Shown: one piece after another, positions 30,128 to 40,303 of the stretch
Layout of the letters: each line of letters begins with the position of its first letter
How positions within the stretch are numbered: the first letter of the stretch is position 1
Translations under genes and position numbers: made by a program
NCBI GenBank assembly: GCA_965116885.1
Contig: OZ220741.1
Location: 4,992,001-5,056,000 of the forward strand
From: Candidatus Latescibacterota bacterium
Lineage (GTDB): Bacteria; Latescibacterota; UBA2968
Direction of reading: 5' to 3'
Length of the DNA: 64,000 nt
The notes under the pieces: model-generated
Told to the model about the DNA's origin: nothing
Database searches by the model: none
What the model saw: only the letters and a program-made list of their open reading frames with translations

Positions 30128-30754
30128 ATGAAAATACAATGGATGTTAATTCTGATTTTGACTCTGAGTAACAGTGTATTGGCTGCACCGAGTAAACCCG
30201 CACCTCGCAAACCCAAAGAAGGTCAAAATGAAGTCGCGATCCGTCACCACAAAGAAGGCTTGCGCCACCGGGATGCGGCCTGGGTCTATGAAGAAAAAAT
30301 GTCGGGCACAGAAGGCGAAGAGCGAGAAACGTATGCGCGGTTTATCCAGGACCTGTACAATCGCGCACTGGGAGAATTTGCGAAAGCGACCGAGCAGGAC
30401 TCGACGTATTACCAGGCATTTAGCAGTTTGGGATATGTCAAGCGCAAAACCGGAGATATGGACGGAGCAATGGCAGCGTACAATCGCGCTTTGACATTAA
30501 ATCCAAACTACGCAGAGGCCATTGAATATCGCGCAGAAGCGTATTTGATCATGGGACAGGTGGAAAAAATGAAAAAAGCGTATGGGGTATTGGCCGCACT
30601 GAATCGCCCTCACGCAGCGCGATTGTTGACCTTTGTAACACAATGGGCAGATGGCGGAGAGAACGATGCAGATATGGCGACCTCTTTGCGCGCGTGGGCA
30701 TCTGGACAAAAAGAAAAACTCGGCGAGGTAAAAACATTTGTTGAGAAGTGGTGA
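30128..30754 (+). CDS. Secreted TPR protein
   Basis: AAGGAG RBS, signal peptide, TPRs (LGYVKRKTG...YNRALTLNPNYAEA). Confidence 0.8.
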   Translation: MKIQWMLILILTLSNSVLAAPSKPAPRKPKEGQNEVAIRHHKEGLRHRDAAWVYEEKMSGTEGEERETYARFIQDLYNRALGEFAKATEQDSTYYQAFSSLGYVKRKTGDMDGAMAAYNRALTLNPNYAEAIEYRAEAYLIMGQVEKMKKAYGVLAALNRPHAARLLTFVTQWADGGENDADMATSLRAWASGQKEKLGEVKTFVEKW

Positions 30755-30846
30755 TCCGCAGATGACGCAGAAAAAACGCGAGTGAGCGGTGTACAACTGG
30801 TGTCAGGCCAGTTCATTTGAGCGTTTTACGCAGATGAAAAAGAGAG
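30754..30846 (+). repeat. ATCCGCAG repeat with nested palindromic insert (copy 4)
   Basis: Homologous to the reverse complement of 14601-14700; begins at the TGA stop. Confidence 0.8.
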
Positions 30847-30865
30847 GATGGGGTGTGCGGGCTGA

Positions 30866-31579
30866 CTACTGACTCCAGACTACTGAAGTAATCAAACCGA
30901 TAAAACCACCAAAAACCCCGCCCCAAACAACCAACCAGCCCAGATGTTTGTGAATCATATCCTGGACAATGGTCTTAACCATTTCGGGTGTCAACTCGTT
31001 TAGACGCTGCATAACAATGGCATCAACCCTGTCAATCATTTCGTCTGTATGACTCGCGGTATTTAATCCCCTCTGGATGGCATCGAGGAATTTGGGTGAG
31101 GATAACAAGAGGCGAATTTCTGCCTGAACTTTTTCGACAAAAGGATCTCTGAGAGACTGTAATACCGTTGCACCGCCGATCATATTGATCATGCTGCCAA
31201 AAGGAGAAGTCATAACAGCCTCCATCAGACGACTGAAGATGCGGTCGCAGTCAACGGCCTCAATAACGGGATCGGCATCAAATTCATCTGGAATTTTTTG
31301 TTCGGCGAGAAATTTTTTAACATTTTCAACGGTGAAAAACTGGTTCATAATCAAAGCGTGGATACCCGTCTTAAATTCTTCAAACCGACTCGGTACAACG
31401 CCCGAACCGTAGAGTCCCGGCACTCTCTCAAAAAGCATGTGAACCGCCAACCAGTTGGTCAAAGCGCCCGAAGTTGCAAAAAGCCCAACCGCGAGTAAAT
31501 GATCGGAATAAACAGGACTGACATAACCTGCACCGATCACGCCGACCGCGAGCAGATTTGTCACAAGACTTTTATTCAT
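30866..31579 (-). CDS. DUF445 family membrane protein
   Basis: SGALTNWLAVHMLFERVPGLYGSGV and HLGWLVVWGGVFGG motifs. Confidence 0.85.
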   Translation of the reverse strand: MNKSLVTNLLAVGVIGAGYVSPVYSDHLLAVGLFATSGALTNWLAVHMLFERVPGLYGSGVVPSRFEEFKTGIHALIMNQFFTVENVKKFLAEQKIPDEFDADPVIEAVDCDRIFSRLMEAVMTSPFGSMINMIGGATVLQSLRDPFVEKVQAEIRLLLSSPKFLDAIQRGLNTASHTDEMIDRVDAIVMQRLNELTPEMVKTIVQDMIHKHLGWLVVWGGVFGGFIGLITSVVWSQ

Positions 31580-31602
31580 AACCGGAGTCCTTACAGGGAA
31601 TC

Positions 31603-32679
31603 TCAAGCGTGGAGATAACAGAACAAAGTGGCAATCAGATTGTCAAAAACGCTCAGACGGCAGACCTCATATCCGTGAGAATTTTCTCGCGGATACCCAA
31701 TAGTTGCAGCCCGGGGCGCGTGGCCCGCCTGTAAAACGCCCGAGGCATCGGACGCCGCGCGATCGTACACGGCGTATTGCAACTGTGTGTCCGCGCGTTG
31801 TGCCGCTGCTGCGAGATCGGCAATCAAGCCCTGATCGAAATGCATCTGGCTATCTCTTGACCAGATCGCCGGACGACCATCGAGCTGAAGCTGTTGATTT
31901 CTCGGCATAGGGGCAGAATCTACTGCGATAAAAATCTCGACCGGATTTCGCGCGGTCCAACCTCGTGCGCCAATCAACCCTGTCTCTTCCTGAACGAGAA
32001 AACACAAACAGGTCGTGCGACTGGGTTGTGTCTTTTCTTCCGAAATGCGCTGAAGCAGACGCAGAAGGGTGAGACTCCCGCCCCGGTTGTCAAATAGCCA
32101 CGCTGAAACGAGGGGATCGTCGGGTGGCCCAAAAAAATGAGGACCGCGCACACCTGCCACTGGTACAGCAGTTGACCCAGCGCGCACACCTGCGCGGGAG
32201 AGTTGGTCGGGTGTCAAGCCAGTAAGCAAATGGCAGTAGGGCCAGGTAATGCCGCTTTGCCCCGTTGCAAATTGCGTGTTGGGATCCGATGGATCAGTCG
32301 TATGCGTAGAACCAAAACAGAGATGCGCCGCAACTCTCTCCACACCATCTGTAAGGATTTCAACAGGACATTCACCGAGTTTCCAGGGATGCAACCCACC
32401 GCTCGGGCGCACCTGCAAGGTACCATCGGCATTAATCGCGGTAATCACCATGGCGAGTTCGTCCATATGACTGGCAAGCGCGATATGCCCCAGATCGGGA
32501 TTTTGTCCGGGAACTTCCACCCAAACATTGCCCTGCTGGTCTCGTTTCGGTGCATGCCCCAAATCGGCAATGCGATCCATAATAACCCGGGCCATTAGTT
32601 CTTCGCGGCCCGATGGCGCGGGAACGCGCAAAAGGTCTGATAGCAGAAGTATATTGGGATCATCTTGAGGATAAGACAT
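31603..32679 (-). CDS. M42 family metallopeptidase
   Basis: APSGRE, SHMDE, DNR, QEETG and HGYE motifs. Confidence 0.85.
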   Translation of the reverse strand: MSYPQDDPNILLLSDLLRVPAPSGREELMARVIMDRIADLGHAPKRDQQGNVWVEVPGQNPDLGHIALASHMDELAMVITAINADGTLQVRPSGGLHPWKLGECPVEILTDGVERVAAHLCFGSTHTTDPSDPNTQFATGQSGITWPYCHLLTGLTPDQLSRAGVRAGSTAVPVAGVRGPHFFGPPDDPLVSAWLFDNRGGSLTLLRLLQRISEEKTQPSRTTCLCFLVQEETGLIGARGWTARNPVEIFIAVDSAPMPRNQQLQLDGRPAIWSRDSQMHFDQGLIADLAAAAQRADTQLQYAVYDRAASDASGVLQAGHAPRAATIGYPRENSHGYEVCRLSVFDNLIATLFCYLHA

Positions 32680-32834
32680 AAAGTGGCACCTTTTCGTTTC
32701 GTGATTATTATCGACCCCTAAGAATACGCTGACGCGTATGATTTATCAAGCTATTTCAAAATTCCTGAAGCCTTTTAGTGATTTACCCGTCCAATGATTT
32801 GACGTAAAATCTTACACGCTTCCATGTGAGAAAA

Positions 32835-35800
32835 ATGATGGACCGCCAATCTTCTCTAATACCGCGCATCTCAGTAAATCGCCCCGTCACGGTGGCGATG
32901 TGTCTGGTCGCGTTATTACTGGTGGGTATTATGGCCTATTTTCGCGTACCGGTGAAATTTTTTCCCTCTGGATTTACACCGGCCTTTTTGTATGTGGATA
33001 TTGAATACAATCACCGCAACGCCTCGCCCCAGGAAGCCGAACAACAAATCGCCCGCCCGCTGGAAGAGCAGTTGCGCGCCGTAAAAGGCATAAAGAAAAT
33101 TCGCACGTACAGCGCGTCTTATGGCGTGGATGCGCCCATTGAGTTTCAGCCAGATACAGACATGGTCCTGGCTTATAATCAGGTGATCGATCGCCTCGAG
33201 CGTCTCAAATTAGAATTGCCCGAGGAAGTGCGCGATCAAGTCTATGTGTATAAGTTTAATGTAGATAGCTGGTCAATTATGTGGGCGGGCGTCTCTCTGG
33301 ATCCATCGGTTGTCGATCCCTATCAGTTCTTAAACCTGCATGTAAAACGGCGTTTGGAGCGGGTCGAGGGCGTGGGCAGAGTCAACTTTTGGGGCGTGGA
33401 TGAAAAAGAAGTCATGATTGAACTCAGCCACGAGCGATTGATGACCCGGGGAGTGGATTTGGGAACGGTGGTGCAATCGCTGCGATCGGACAACTTCGCG
33501 CTTTCGGTCGGGCATGTACGCGAAGGCGGCAAACGGTTTTTTGTGCGCTCACTCGCCAAATATCAAAGTATAGATGAAATCAAAAATATTCTCATCCGCA
33601 CGCCACGGGGTGAAGTCCGCCTTGGAGATATATCAGACATAGTTTACGATATTCCCGGACGGTCCTGGTTTCAGCGCATTGATGGGCGAGAAGCCGTATC
33701 GATCGCGATTTATCAAGAATCGGGCGCCAATATTGTAGAAGTATGCGAGCGCGTGGTGGCGGCTTTTCAGGAGATTGAAAACGATCCGTTAATAGAAAAA
33801 AAGATCGCTTTCAATGTGTTTTTTAATCAGGGAGAATACATCAACGATTCGATTCGCAATTTGGAAACCACAGGGCTTTGGGGTGGGTTGTTTGCCGCGA
33901 TGGTCTTGCTATTCTTTTTGCGAACAGTGCGGATGACGGCAATTATCACCCTATCTATTCCCCTTTGCGTGATGATTACGATTACGGCACTTTATTTTCT
34001 CGGCTGGTCGCTCAATGTCCTGACCATGATGGGACTGATGGTAGGCGTGGGGATGGTGGTCGATAATGCCATTGTGATCCTGGAAAACATCTATCGCATG
34101 CGCGGCAAAGGGCTACCCACCAAAGAAGCGGCCATCTCAGGTGCCGGAGAAGTCGGGTTGGCGATCACCATGGCGACTCTGACAACCGTTGTCGTATTTT
34201 TGCCGCTGATGTTAATGAGCGGCAGTGTAGAATTGACCTTTTTTCTCGCGCGCATTGGTGTGCCAGTTGTGGTCGCCCTTGTTGGATCGCTATTTGTAGC
34301 CCTCATTTTTATTCCACAGGCAGCATTGCGCTTTGGCAGTTCCCAGGTCAAATCCGACCCCGCTATCATTCAGCGCACGCGCCATTATTACGCGCGCATG
34401 CTGAACTGGACACTCACCCACCGGCGCGATGCATTTTTGATCGCTCTCGCCTTGCTCGGAAGCATCAGCTATCCGATGAACGAACTCAAACGCGGCGATT
34501 CGGACGGCAGCATGCTCAACGATTTTCGCATCGAGTTTAATTTTCCAAAGGATTTTGGCATTCGAGATGCCAGCGACACAATCGCAGAAGTCGAGGATTT
34601 TTTAGATGCCCGCCGCGAGAAATACGGGATTGAAACCATGCGCGTGTGGTTCAGATCTACGTATGGCTCTATTCACGTCTTTCTAAAAAAGACCAATGAA
34701 GCCTGGTGGCAGACAACCTATAAATCCGTACGCGCATTGATCGGTATTCCCATACAACAGCACTTACCGCGCAACGCTGTGATCGAAGACCTGAAAAAGC
34801 ACGCCCCCAAATTTGTAGGTGTCAAAGTGGCCGTACAGGGGCAAAGCAGGAGCGGTAGTGAAGGCGGCGATTCTTCTGTGTCTCTGGCTCTCTATGGGGA
34901 TGATGTCGATGTACTCGCGGATCTGGTGCAAGAGGTTGACCGACGGCTAAAAGAAATACCCTCGGTCATAAGCGTAGATTCAGACCTGGAACGTGCCAAT
35001 GATGAGGTACAGGTCATTATCGACCGGGAACGCGCACAAAAATTAGGACTCGTAGCTCGAGATGTGGGACGCAGCATTGGTTTCGCGCTTCAGGGCGTAC
35101 AATTGCCCTATCTCCAGTCTGACAACCACGAAATCAGGGTGCGATTGTATTTGGAAAAATTGAATCAGCAAACACTGCAACGCCTGAAGCGTTTGACTTT
35201 TCCGTCTGAAACGGGCACACAGGTTTCATTGCTGGACTTTGCCACCCTGCGCGTAGATCAAGGACGCGGCACCATCAGACGAGAAGATGGCAAAACGCGG
35301 TTACGGGTGCGGGCTTTTACGACCAAAGAAGATGTCAAAGAACTATATGGAGAAATTGACCGCGCAATGGAAGGATTTGAAATGCCGCGCGGCTATAGCT
35401 GGGACAAAGGGGAAAGATATTCCAAGCTGCAAGAAGAAGATTATACCATGTATTTCGCCGCGATTATGGCCGTGACCTGCGTATTCCTTTTAATGGGCGT
35501 TTTGTTCGAATCTTTTATACTGCCATTTTCTGTTTTGTTTTCCATCCCCTTTGCCTTTCTGGGAGTCTATTGGACGCTGTTTGCGACCCAAACACCTATG
35601 GCTGGATTGGCTATGGTGGGCATCATTGTGCTCATCGGTGTGGTCGTCAACAACGCGATTGTACTGGTCGATATGGTAAATCGCCTGCGCGCAGAGGGCA
35701 TGCATCGAACCGCCGCGATCATGGAGGCCGGCGCAAATCGCTTCCGCCCCATTATGATGACGACATTTACAACCGTCTGCGGCCTTTTGCCAATGGCTCT

Positions 35801-36011
35801 GGGAAGCAGTAAAGTTTTGGGACAACCCTATGCACCTATGGGCTTTACCATGATAGGCGGCCTGCTTTCTTCGACCCTGCTCACCCTGCTACTTGTACCC
35901 TTATTTTACACATTTTTGGATGACCTTCGCTCAGCCCTCAAAAGGTTGACAAACAGCGCCTTCAACGCACTGAAAGTTGGCGACACACAGGCAGCGGATA
36001 TGGCGGATTAA
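32835..36011 (+). CDS. RND efflux permease (AcrB/HAE1-like)
   Basis: About 1060 aa, 12 TM helices, VDNAIVILENI, VVVNNAIVLVD and RFRPIMMT motifs. Confidence 0.93.
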   Translation: MMDRQSSLIPRISVNRPVTVAMCLVALLLVGIMAYFRVPVKFFPSGFTPAFLYVDIEYNHRNASPQEAEQQIARPLEEQLRAVKGIKKIRTYSASYGVDAPIEFQPDTDMVLAYNQVIDRLERLKLELPEEVRDQVYVYKFNVDSWSIMWAGVSLDPSVVDPYQFLNLHVKRRLERVEGVGRVNFWGVDEKEVMIELSHERLMTRGVDLGTVVQSLRSDNFALSVGHVREGGKRFFVRSLAKYQSIDEIKNILIRTPRGEVRLGDISDIVYDIPGRSWFQRIDGREAVSIAIYQESGANIVEVCERVVAAFQEIENDPLIEKKIAFNVFFNQGEYINDSIRNLETTGLWGGLFAAMVLLFFLRTVRMTAIITLSIPLCVMITITALYFLGWSLNVLTMMGLMVGVGMVVDNAIVILENIYRMRGKGLPTKEAAISGAGEVGLAITMATLTTVVVFLPLMLMSGSVELTFFLARIGVPVVVALVGSLFVALIFIPQAALRFGSSQVKSDPAIIQRTRHYYARMLNWTLTHRRDAFLIALALLGSISYPMNELKRGDSDGSMLNDFRIEFNFPKDFGIRDASDTIAEVEDFLDARREKYGIETMRVWFRSTYGSIHVFLKKTNEAWWQTTYKSVRALIGIPIQQHLPRNAVIEDLKKHAPKFVGVKVAVQGQSRSGSEGGDSSVSLALYGDDVDVLADLVQEVDRRLKEIPSVISVDSDLERANDEVQVIIDRERAQKLGLVARDVGRSIGFALQGVQLPYLQSDNHEIRVRLYLEKLNQQTLQRLKRLTFPSETGTQVSLLDFATLRVDQGRGTIRREDGKTRLRVRAFTTKEDVKELYGEIDRAMEGFEMPRGYSWDKGERYSKLQEEDYTMYFAAIMAVTCVFLLMGVLFESFILPFSVLFSIPFAFLGVYWTLFATQTPMAGLAMVGIIVLIGVVVNNAIVLVDMVNRLRAEGMHRTAAIMEAGANRFRPIMMTTFTTVCGLLPMALGSSKVLGQPYAPMGFTMIGGLLSSTLLTLLLVPLFYTFLDDLRSALKRLTNSAFNALKVGDTQAADMAD

Positions 36012-36016
36012 AAATG

Positions 36017-36050
36017 TAAAACGCACCCCCCTGCGTCGTGGGTGCGTTTA
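36017..36050. terminator. Bidirectional terminator
   Basis: AAACGCACCC...GGGTGCGTTT stem between convergent genes. Confidence 0.7.
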
Positions 36051-36051
36051 T

Positions 36052-37383
36052 TTATTCAATCAAACTCTGCCTACTTGGCTCATGCACCTCAGCTTCAGGC
36101 CAGTGCGTATTCAGAACATCTTTAATATTATCCTTCCGACCACGAAAAATCATGACCATATTCTCTGAGACAAAGAATTTTTCGAGAAAGGCACGCACTT
36201 CCTCATCAGTAACCGAATCATAACCTCCTTTGCGACGTGGCGGATTATGGATGGCTCGATATACTTCATTGTACAGTCTTCGCTGTGGTGTCAATTGTTC
36301 GTGGACATGGGCATAGGCGACATTGCGATTTTCTCGCAACTCTTTGATAGCCTCCCAAAAGCGAGGATTATCGGGGAGTTCGCGGAGGAAATCGGACATT
36401 TTTGCTATCAGTTCTTCGCTATTCAGCAACTGGGGATCGGCGGAGATTTCAAGAAACCTGACATATTCCTCTGTTCGATAATTGCTACCAGTACCATAGA
36501 CCAACCCCAACTCTTCTCTGAAATATTTATAGAGCAACCCCCGAACGCCAGGTCGCCCAAGCGCCCTAGATATCATTGATGGAAGATAATCTTCTTCGCC
36601 TATCATTCCACAGAGAATCAGCCAATAACATCCAACATTCTTTAGGTTTGAATCAGAGACAAAAGCCGTAGGGCCAATCTTAGAATCCATTGTTGGGGAT
36701 CCCAGGGTATGAACAAATCCACCTGTCTCTCGTTTTTCTGTAATTGGACTAAGCAACGTCGCAACCTCAGTAGAATCGAAATCTGAAATTGCCTTAAAAA
36801 ACACCACGTCTGTTTTCAAAAGCTGATCATAATATTGCCTGATATCCTCAAGCGAGAGATTTTTGAGAGCTTTTAAGGACTTGTACTTCTTTATCCCTGT
36901 TGTTTGTGAAAGGGCAAAATTTCTCATATGCGTACGGAGATTTTTCCTGAGATCGCTTTCGTAATCAGTAGCCATTAATTTTTTGACATCTTGCAAGTCT
37001 GACTCAGAAAACTCGAGATTATATATGAGATCGCGGACTATTTTTATAGATTTGCCACAGTTTTCAGACAGGCCATAAATGGATATTGTCTGATATAGGG
37101 TACTGGTAGAGATATTAAGGCGTGTACCCAATGCTTCCAGTTGATCCAGATGCCCCTGCTTTTTTGCCAACTCCCAAATCAATTTTGATACTGTTCTTGC
37201 AAGCCCAATCTGAGAAGGTGGTTCCCGATTGCTTCCCGCGCCGAGGAATACAATCTCAATACTGGTCAATGGCGCACGATTGTCATTGCGATAAAAAATA
37301 TGGTGGTTGGAAATTTCGGCATACGCGGGCAGAACGCCAACCGCGTAGCACATAGCAAAACTAACCATCAATTTCAGAAACAT
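36052..37383 (-). CDS. M16B peptidase non-catalytic subunit (copy 2)
   Basis: Signal peptide, M16-like GAGS..EP..QxGL, no HxxEH, carries the R/Y motif FREELGLVY. Confidence 0.75.
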   Translation of the reverse strand: MFLKLMVSFAMCYAVGVLPAYAEISNHHIFYRNDNRAPLTSIEIVFLGAGSNREPPSQIGLARTVSKLIWELAKKQGHLDQLEALGTRLNISTSTLYQTISIYGLSENCGKSIKIVRDLIYNLEFSESDLQDVKKLMATDYESDLRKNLRTHMRNFALSQTTGIKKYKSLKALKNLSLEDIRQYYDQLLKTDVVFFKAISDFDSTEVATLLSPITEKRETGGFVHTLGSPTMDSKIGPTAFVSDSNLKNVGCYWLILCGMIGEEDYLPSMISRALGRPGVRGLLYKYFREELGLVYGTGSNYRTEEYVRFLEISADPQLLNSEELIAKMSDFLRELPDNPRFWEAIKELRENRNVAYAHVHEQLTPQRRLYNEVYRAIHNPPRRKGGYDSVTDEEVRAFLEKFFVSENMVMIFRGRKDNIKDVLNTHWPEAEVHEPSRQSLIE

Positions 37384-37396
37384 ATTCATCAGCCTT

Positions 37397-38866
37397 TCAA
37401 GAGAACTTCCTGTGTAATTTTTTTCCACCCCATACCAGCATAACGATAAGACCTCCCAATAGCGTTAGAAAGCCTATGCCTGTCAATGCCAATACTGGAA
37501 TTCTATATTCCGAGAGGATTCTCGGAAGAAGCTCTTGCTTTTCGGGTACCGTTAGAGAGTGGGTTATCGAATTATAGTCTCTCAAATATCGATTGATGAT
37601 GCGCGGAATGTCGTCTCTGCGAATGGATTTGAGGTCTTTTATCAGTTTGGGATATAGGAGGGGATTGTCGACAGAGGTAAATGCCCGCCCAAATGAAGAA
37701 GCCATGCTTAAGCGATTGTAAAATGCAGAATACATTGCGGTCAGCTGCTGATTTCGAGCCGTATTGAATTCTGCTTCGGAGATGGATTTTAGTTTCTCCA
37801 ACTCTGCATTAATAACGGTATGGAGCTTATTTCTGGACGTATCATGAGGTAATTCTGCATAGCAACTTATCAAGCCGAATCCTTTAAAGCTGTTAACCGA
37901 CACACTAAAAGATTTTGCAAGCCCTGAATCAACCAAAGAAGATCTCAGTGAATTTGAAGTCCTCTCTAAAATGCGCTCCAAAATGAGCAGTCCAGCATAG
38001 TCGCGATGGCCTAAATTGGGTATGTACCAGCCCTTTCTGAATCTGGTAAGACTGAGACTTTTCACGGTGCGTTTTAATCTTCTTCCAAGCACTTCATAGC
38101 TGGGATAGTGCGGAGCGGGTAATTCGAGCGACAATTCGTCTGGTATTTGCTCGTTGCCATAAGTTGCATCCAATTTGGTCAGGACATGGTCAACATCCAC
38201 ATCGCCGATCACGACAATCAATCTCTTTTGATGGCGCAGAAAATTCTCATAGTAATCTTTCAAATCAAAGGAATCGAGTTGTTTAATAAAAGCCTCAGTC
38301 CCAAGTCCGTCAAAATTTTTCTTTCCATAGATTAAACCCAAAAAAATAGTCAAAGATCTGCGGGTTACACTTGCCCGTCTGCGACTTCGTTCTGTCAGTA
38401 CAATTTTCTTTTCCTTTTCAACGACTTCTTCGTTGATCGCTGTGTCGTAATATCTATCGCGGTCTATCTCAACTGCGAGGTCAAATTTATTCTTCGGAAA
38501 TCTCATTATAAAGCGCGTGTAATGATTAGAAGTAGTGGCTTGTTTTTGTCCTCCATTCTCGATAATGATCTGGTTGAGTTTTCCATATTCATGACTTCCA
38601 GTGCCTGACATGAGATGCTCTAAGAAGTGTAGCCGTCCTTGTTCGCCTTCTTTTTCGTCTGCTGAACCAGCACTGTAGTAGGTATGATATTCAAATGTCG
38701 GGATTGTCCGATCCACGACAATAACGGCGTCGAGATTGGGATTGATGGTGTAGTGTTGTGCGACGAGTTCTTTGGACATCACCTCCGTCCCAATAAGCTC
38801 ATAAGCCGCACAAGTACTCGACAAGCCCCATACAATAAATAAAATAAGAGCATAAATTTTCTTCAT
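37397..38866 (-). CDS. M16B peptidase catalytic subunit (copy 2) with a C-terminal TM helix
   Basis: AGSADE...HFLEH and EKKIVLTE; signal peptide; hydrophobic C-terminal helix followed by a basic tail. Confidence 0.85.
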   Translation of the reverse strand: MKKIYALILFIVWGLSSTCAAYELIGTEVMSKELVAQHYTINPNLDAVIVVDRTIPTFEYHTYYSAGSADEKEGEQGRLHFLEHLMSGTGSHEYGKLNQIIIENGGQKQATTSNHYTRFIMRFPKNKFDLAVEIDRDRYYDTAINEEVVEKEKKIVLTERSRRRASVTRRSLTIFLGLIYGKKNFDGLGTEAFIKQLDSFDLKDYYENFLRHQKRLIVVIGDVDVDHVLTKLDATYGNEQIPDELSLELPAPHYPSYEVLGRRLKRTVKSLSLTRFRKGWYIPNLGHRDYAGLLILERILERTSNSLRSSLVDSGLAKSFSVSVNSFKGFGLISCYAELPHDTSRNKLHTVINAELEKLKSISEAEFNTARNQQLTAMYSAFYNRLSMASSFGRAFTSVDNPLLYPKLIKDLKSIRRDDIPRIINRYLRDYNSITHSLTVPEKQELLPRILSEYRIPVLALTGIGFLTLLGGLIVMLVWGGKKLHRKFS

Positions 38867-38953
38867 ATTTGCACCTCACGATAATGGTTGGAAAGGTCTG
38901 ACTGGGATTGCTGCTAACCCCTTCCATCTGTGTCAATCGGTGATTGCTTTTAT

Positions 38954-40303
38954 TTATTCGAGTAAACTCTCCACACTATGCACATGAACTTCAACCTCGG
39001 GCCAATGGGTATTCAGAACATCTATAATATGATCTTTGGGCCCTTGAAAGATCATGGCCATATTCTGCGATATAAAGAATTTTTCCAGAAATGAACGCAT
39101 CTCCGCATCGGTAATCGACTTATAACCACCTTTGCGGATTGGTATGTTGTAAATGGCTCGATATACCTCATTGTCCAGTCTTCGCTGCGGTGTCAATCGT
39201 TCATGGACATGGGCATCGGCAACATCGCGACTTTCACGCAGTTCTTTTATCCTCTCCCAAACGCGAGGGTTGTCGGGAAGCCCTCGGAGGAAATCGGACA
39301 TTTTTGCGATCAACTCTTCGATATTCTGTAGCCGGGGATCGGCGTAAATTTCGAGAAACCTGATATATTCTTCCGATTGATAATCGCTACCAGTGCCATA
39401 GACCAATCCCAACTCTTTTCTAAAATATTTATAGAGCAACCCTTGAGCACGATATCCCCCAAGAGCATCGGATATCATTGATGGGAGATAATCTTCTTCA
39501 CCTATCATCCCACAGGGAATCAACCAATAACACATAATACTCTTGCTGTTTAAATCAAAGACAAAAGCCGAAGGACCAGAAGGATGATTAATTGCTGGAT
39601 GTGCCAATGAATGCACAAACCCACCTGTCTGTCGTAGCAGGCGGTTCTCCCGTTCTTCTGTAAGCGGCCGAAGCATTTGGGCGATCTCAGTGGAATCTCG
39701 ATCTGAAAGCACCTTAAAAAACACCACTTCTGTTTTCAGAAGCCGAGCATAATATTGCCTGACATCCTTTGCAGAAAGGTTCTCCAGCATTTTTAAGAAC
39801 TTGTACTTCTTTATACCCCTTGTTTCTGCAAGTGCAAAATTTCTCATAAAACTATAAGGTCGTCTCCTAAAAGCGTTCTGATAATCAACAGCCTTTAGTT
39901 TTTTGACATCTTCCAGGTCGGACTCGGAAAACTCGAGATTATATATAACATCGCGAACTATTGCTATGGACTTGGCACAATTCTCAGACAGGGTGTAAAT
40001 GGATACGGTCAGAGATGTTTTTTTAGAAGAGACATACAAATCAGTGCCTAATACCGCCAGTTGATCTATGTACCCCTGCTTTTTTCCAGATTCCCAAATC
40101 AACTTTGAAACTGTCTGCACAAGCCCAGTCTGAGAAGGTGGTTCCTGGTTGCTTCCCGCACCGAGAAAGACAATCTCAATTTTGGTCAATGGGGCGCGTT
40201 CGTCCTGGCGATAAAAAATTTGGTGGTTAGAAATCTCTGCGGAAGCGGGCAGGACACCAACCACATAACACAGTACAATGTTACGCATCACTTGTAGAAA
40301 CAT
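38954..40303 (-). CDS. M16B peptidase non-catalytic subunit (copy 1)
   Basis: Close paralog of 36052-37383; FRKELGLVY; no HxxEH. Confidence 0.75.
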   Translation of the reverse strand: MFLQVMRNIVLCYVVGVLPASAEISNHQIFYRQDERAPLTKIEIVFLGAGSNQEPPSQTGLVQTVSKLIWESGKKQGYIDQLAVLGTDLYVSSKKTSLTVSIYTLSENCAKSIAIVRDVIYNLEFSESDLEDVKKLKAVDYQNAFRRRPYSFMRNFALAETRGIKKYKFLKMLENLSAKDVRQYYARLLKTEVVFFKVLSDRDSTEIAQMLRPLTEERENRLLRQTGGFVHSLAHPAINHPSGPSAFVFDLNSKSIMCYWLIPCGMIGEEDYLPSMISDALGGYRAQGLLYKYFRKELGLVYGTGSDYQSEEYIRFLEIYADPRLQNIEELIAKMSDFLRGLPDNPRVWERIKELRESRDVADAHVHERLTPQRRLDNEVYRAIYNIPIRKGGYKSITDAEMRSFLEKFFISQNMAMIFQGPKDHIIDVLNTHWPEVEVHVHSVESLLE

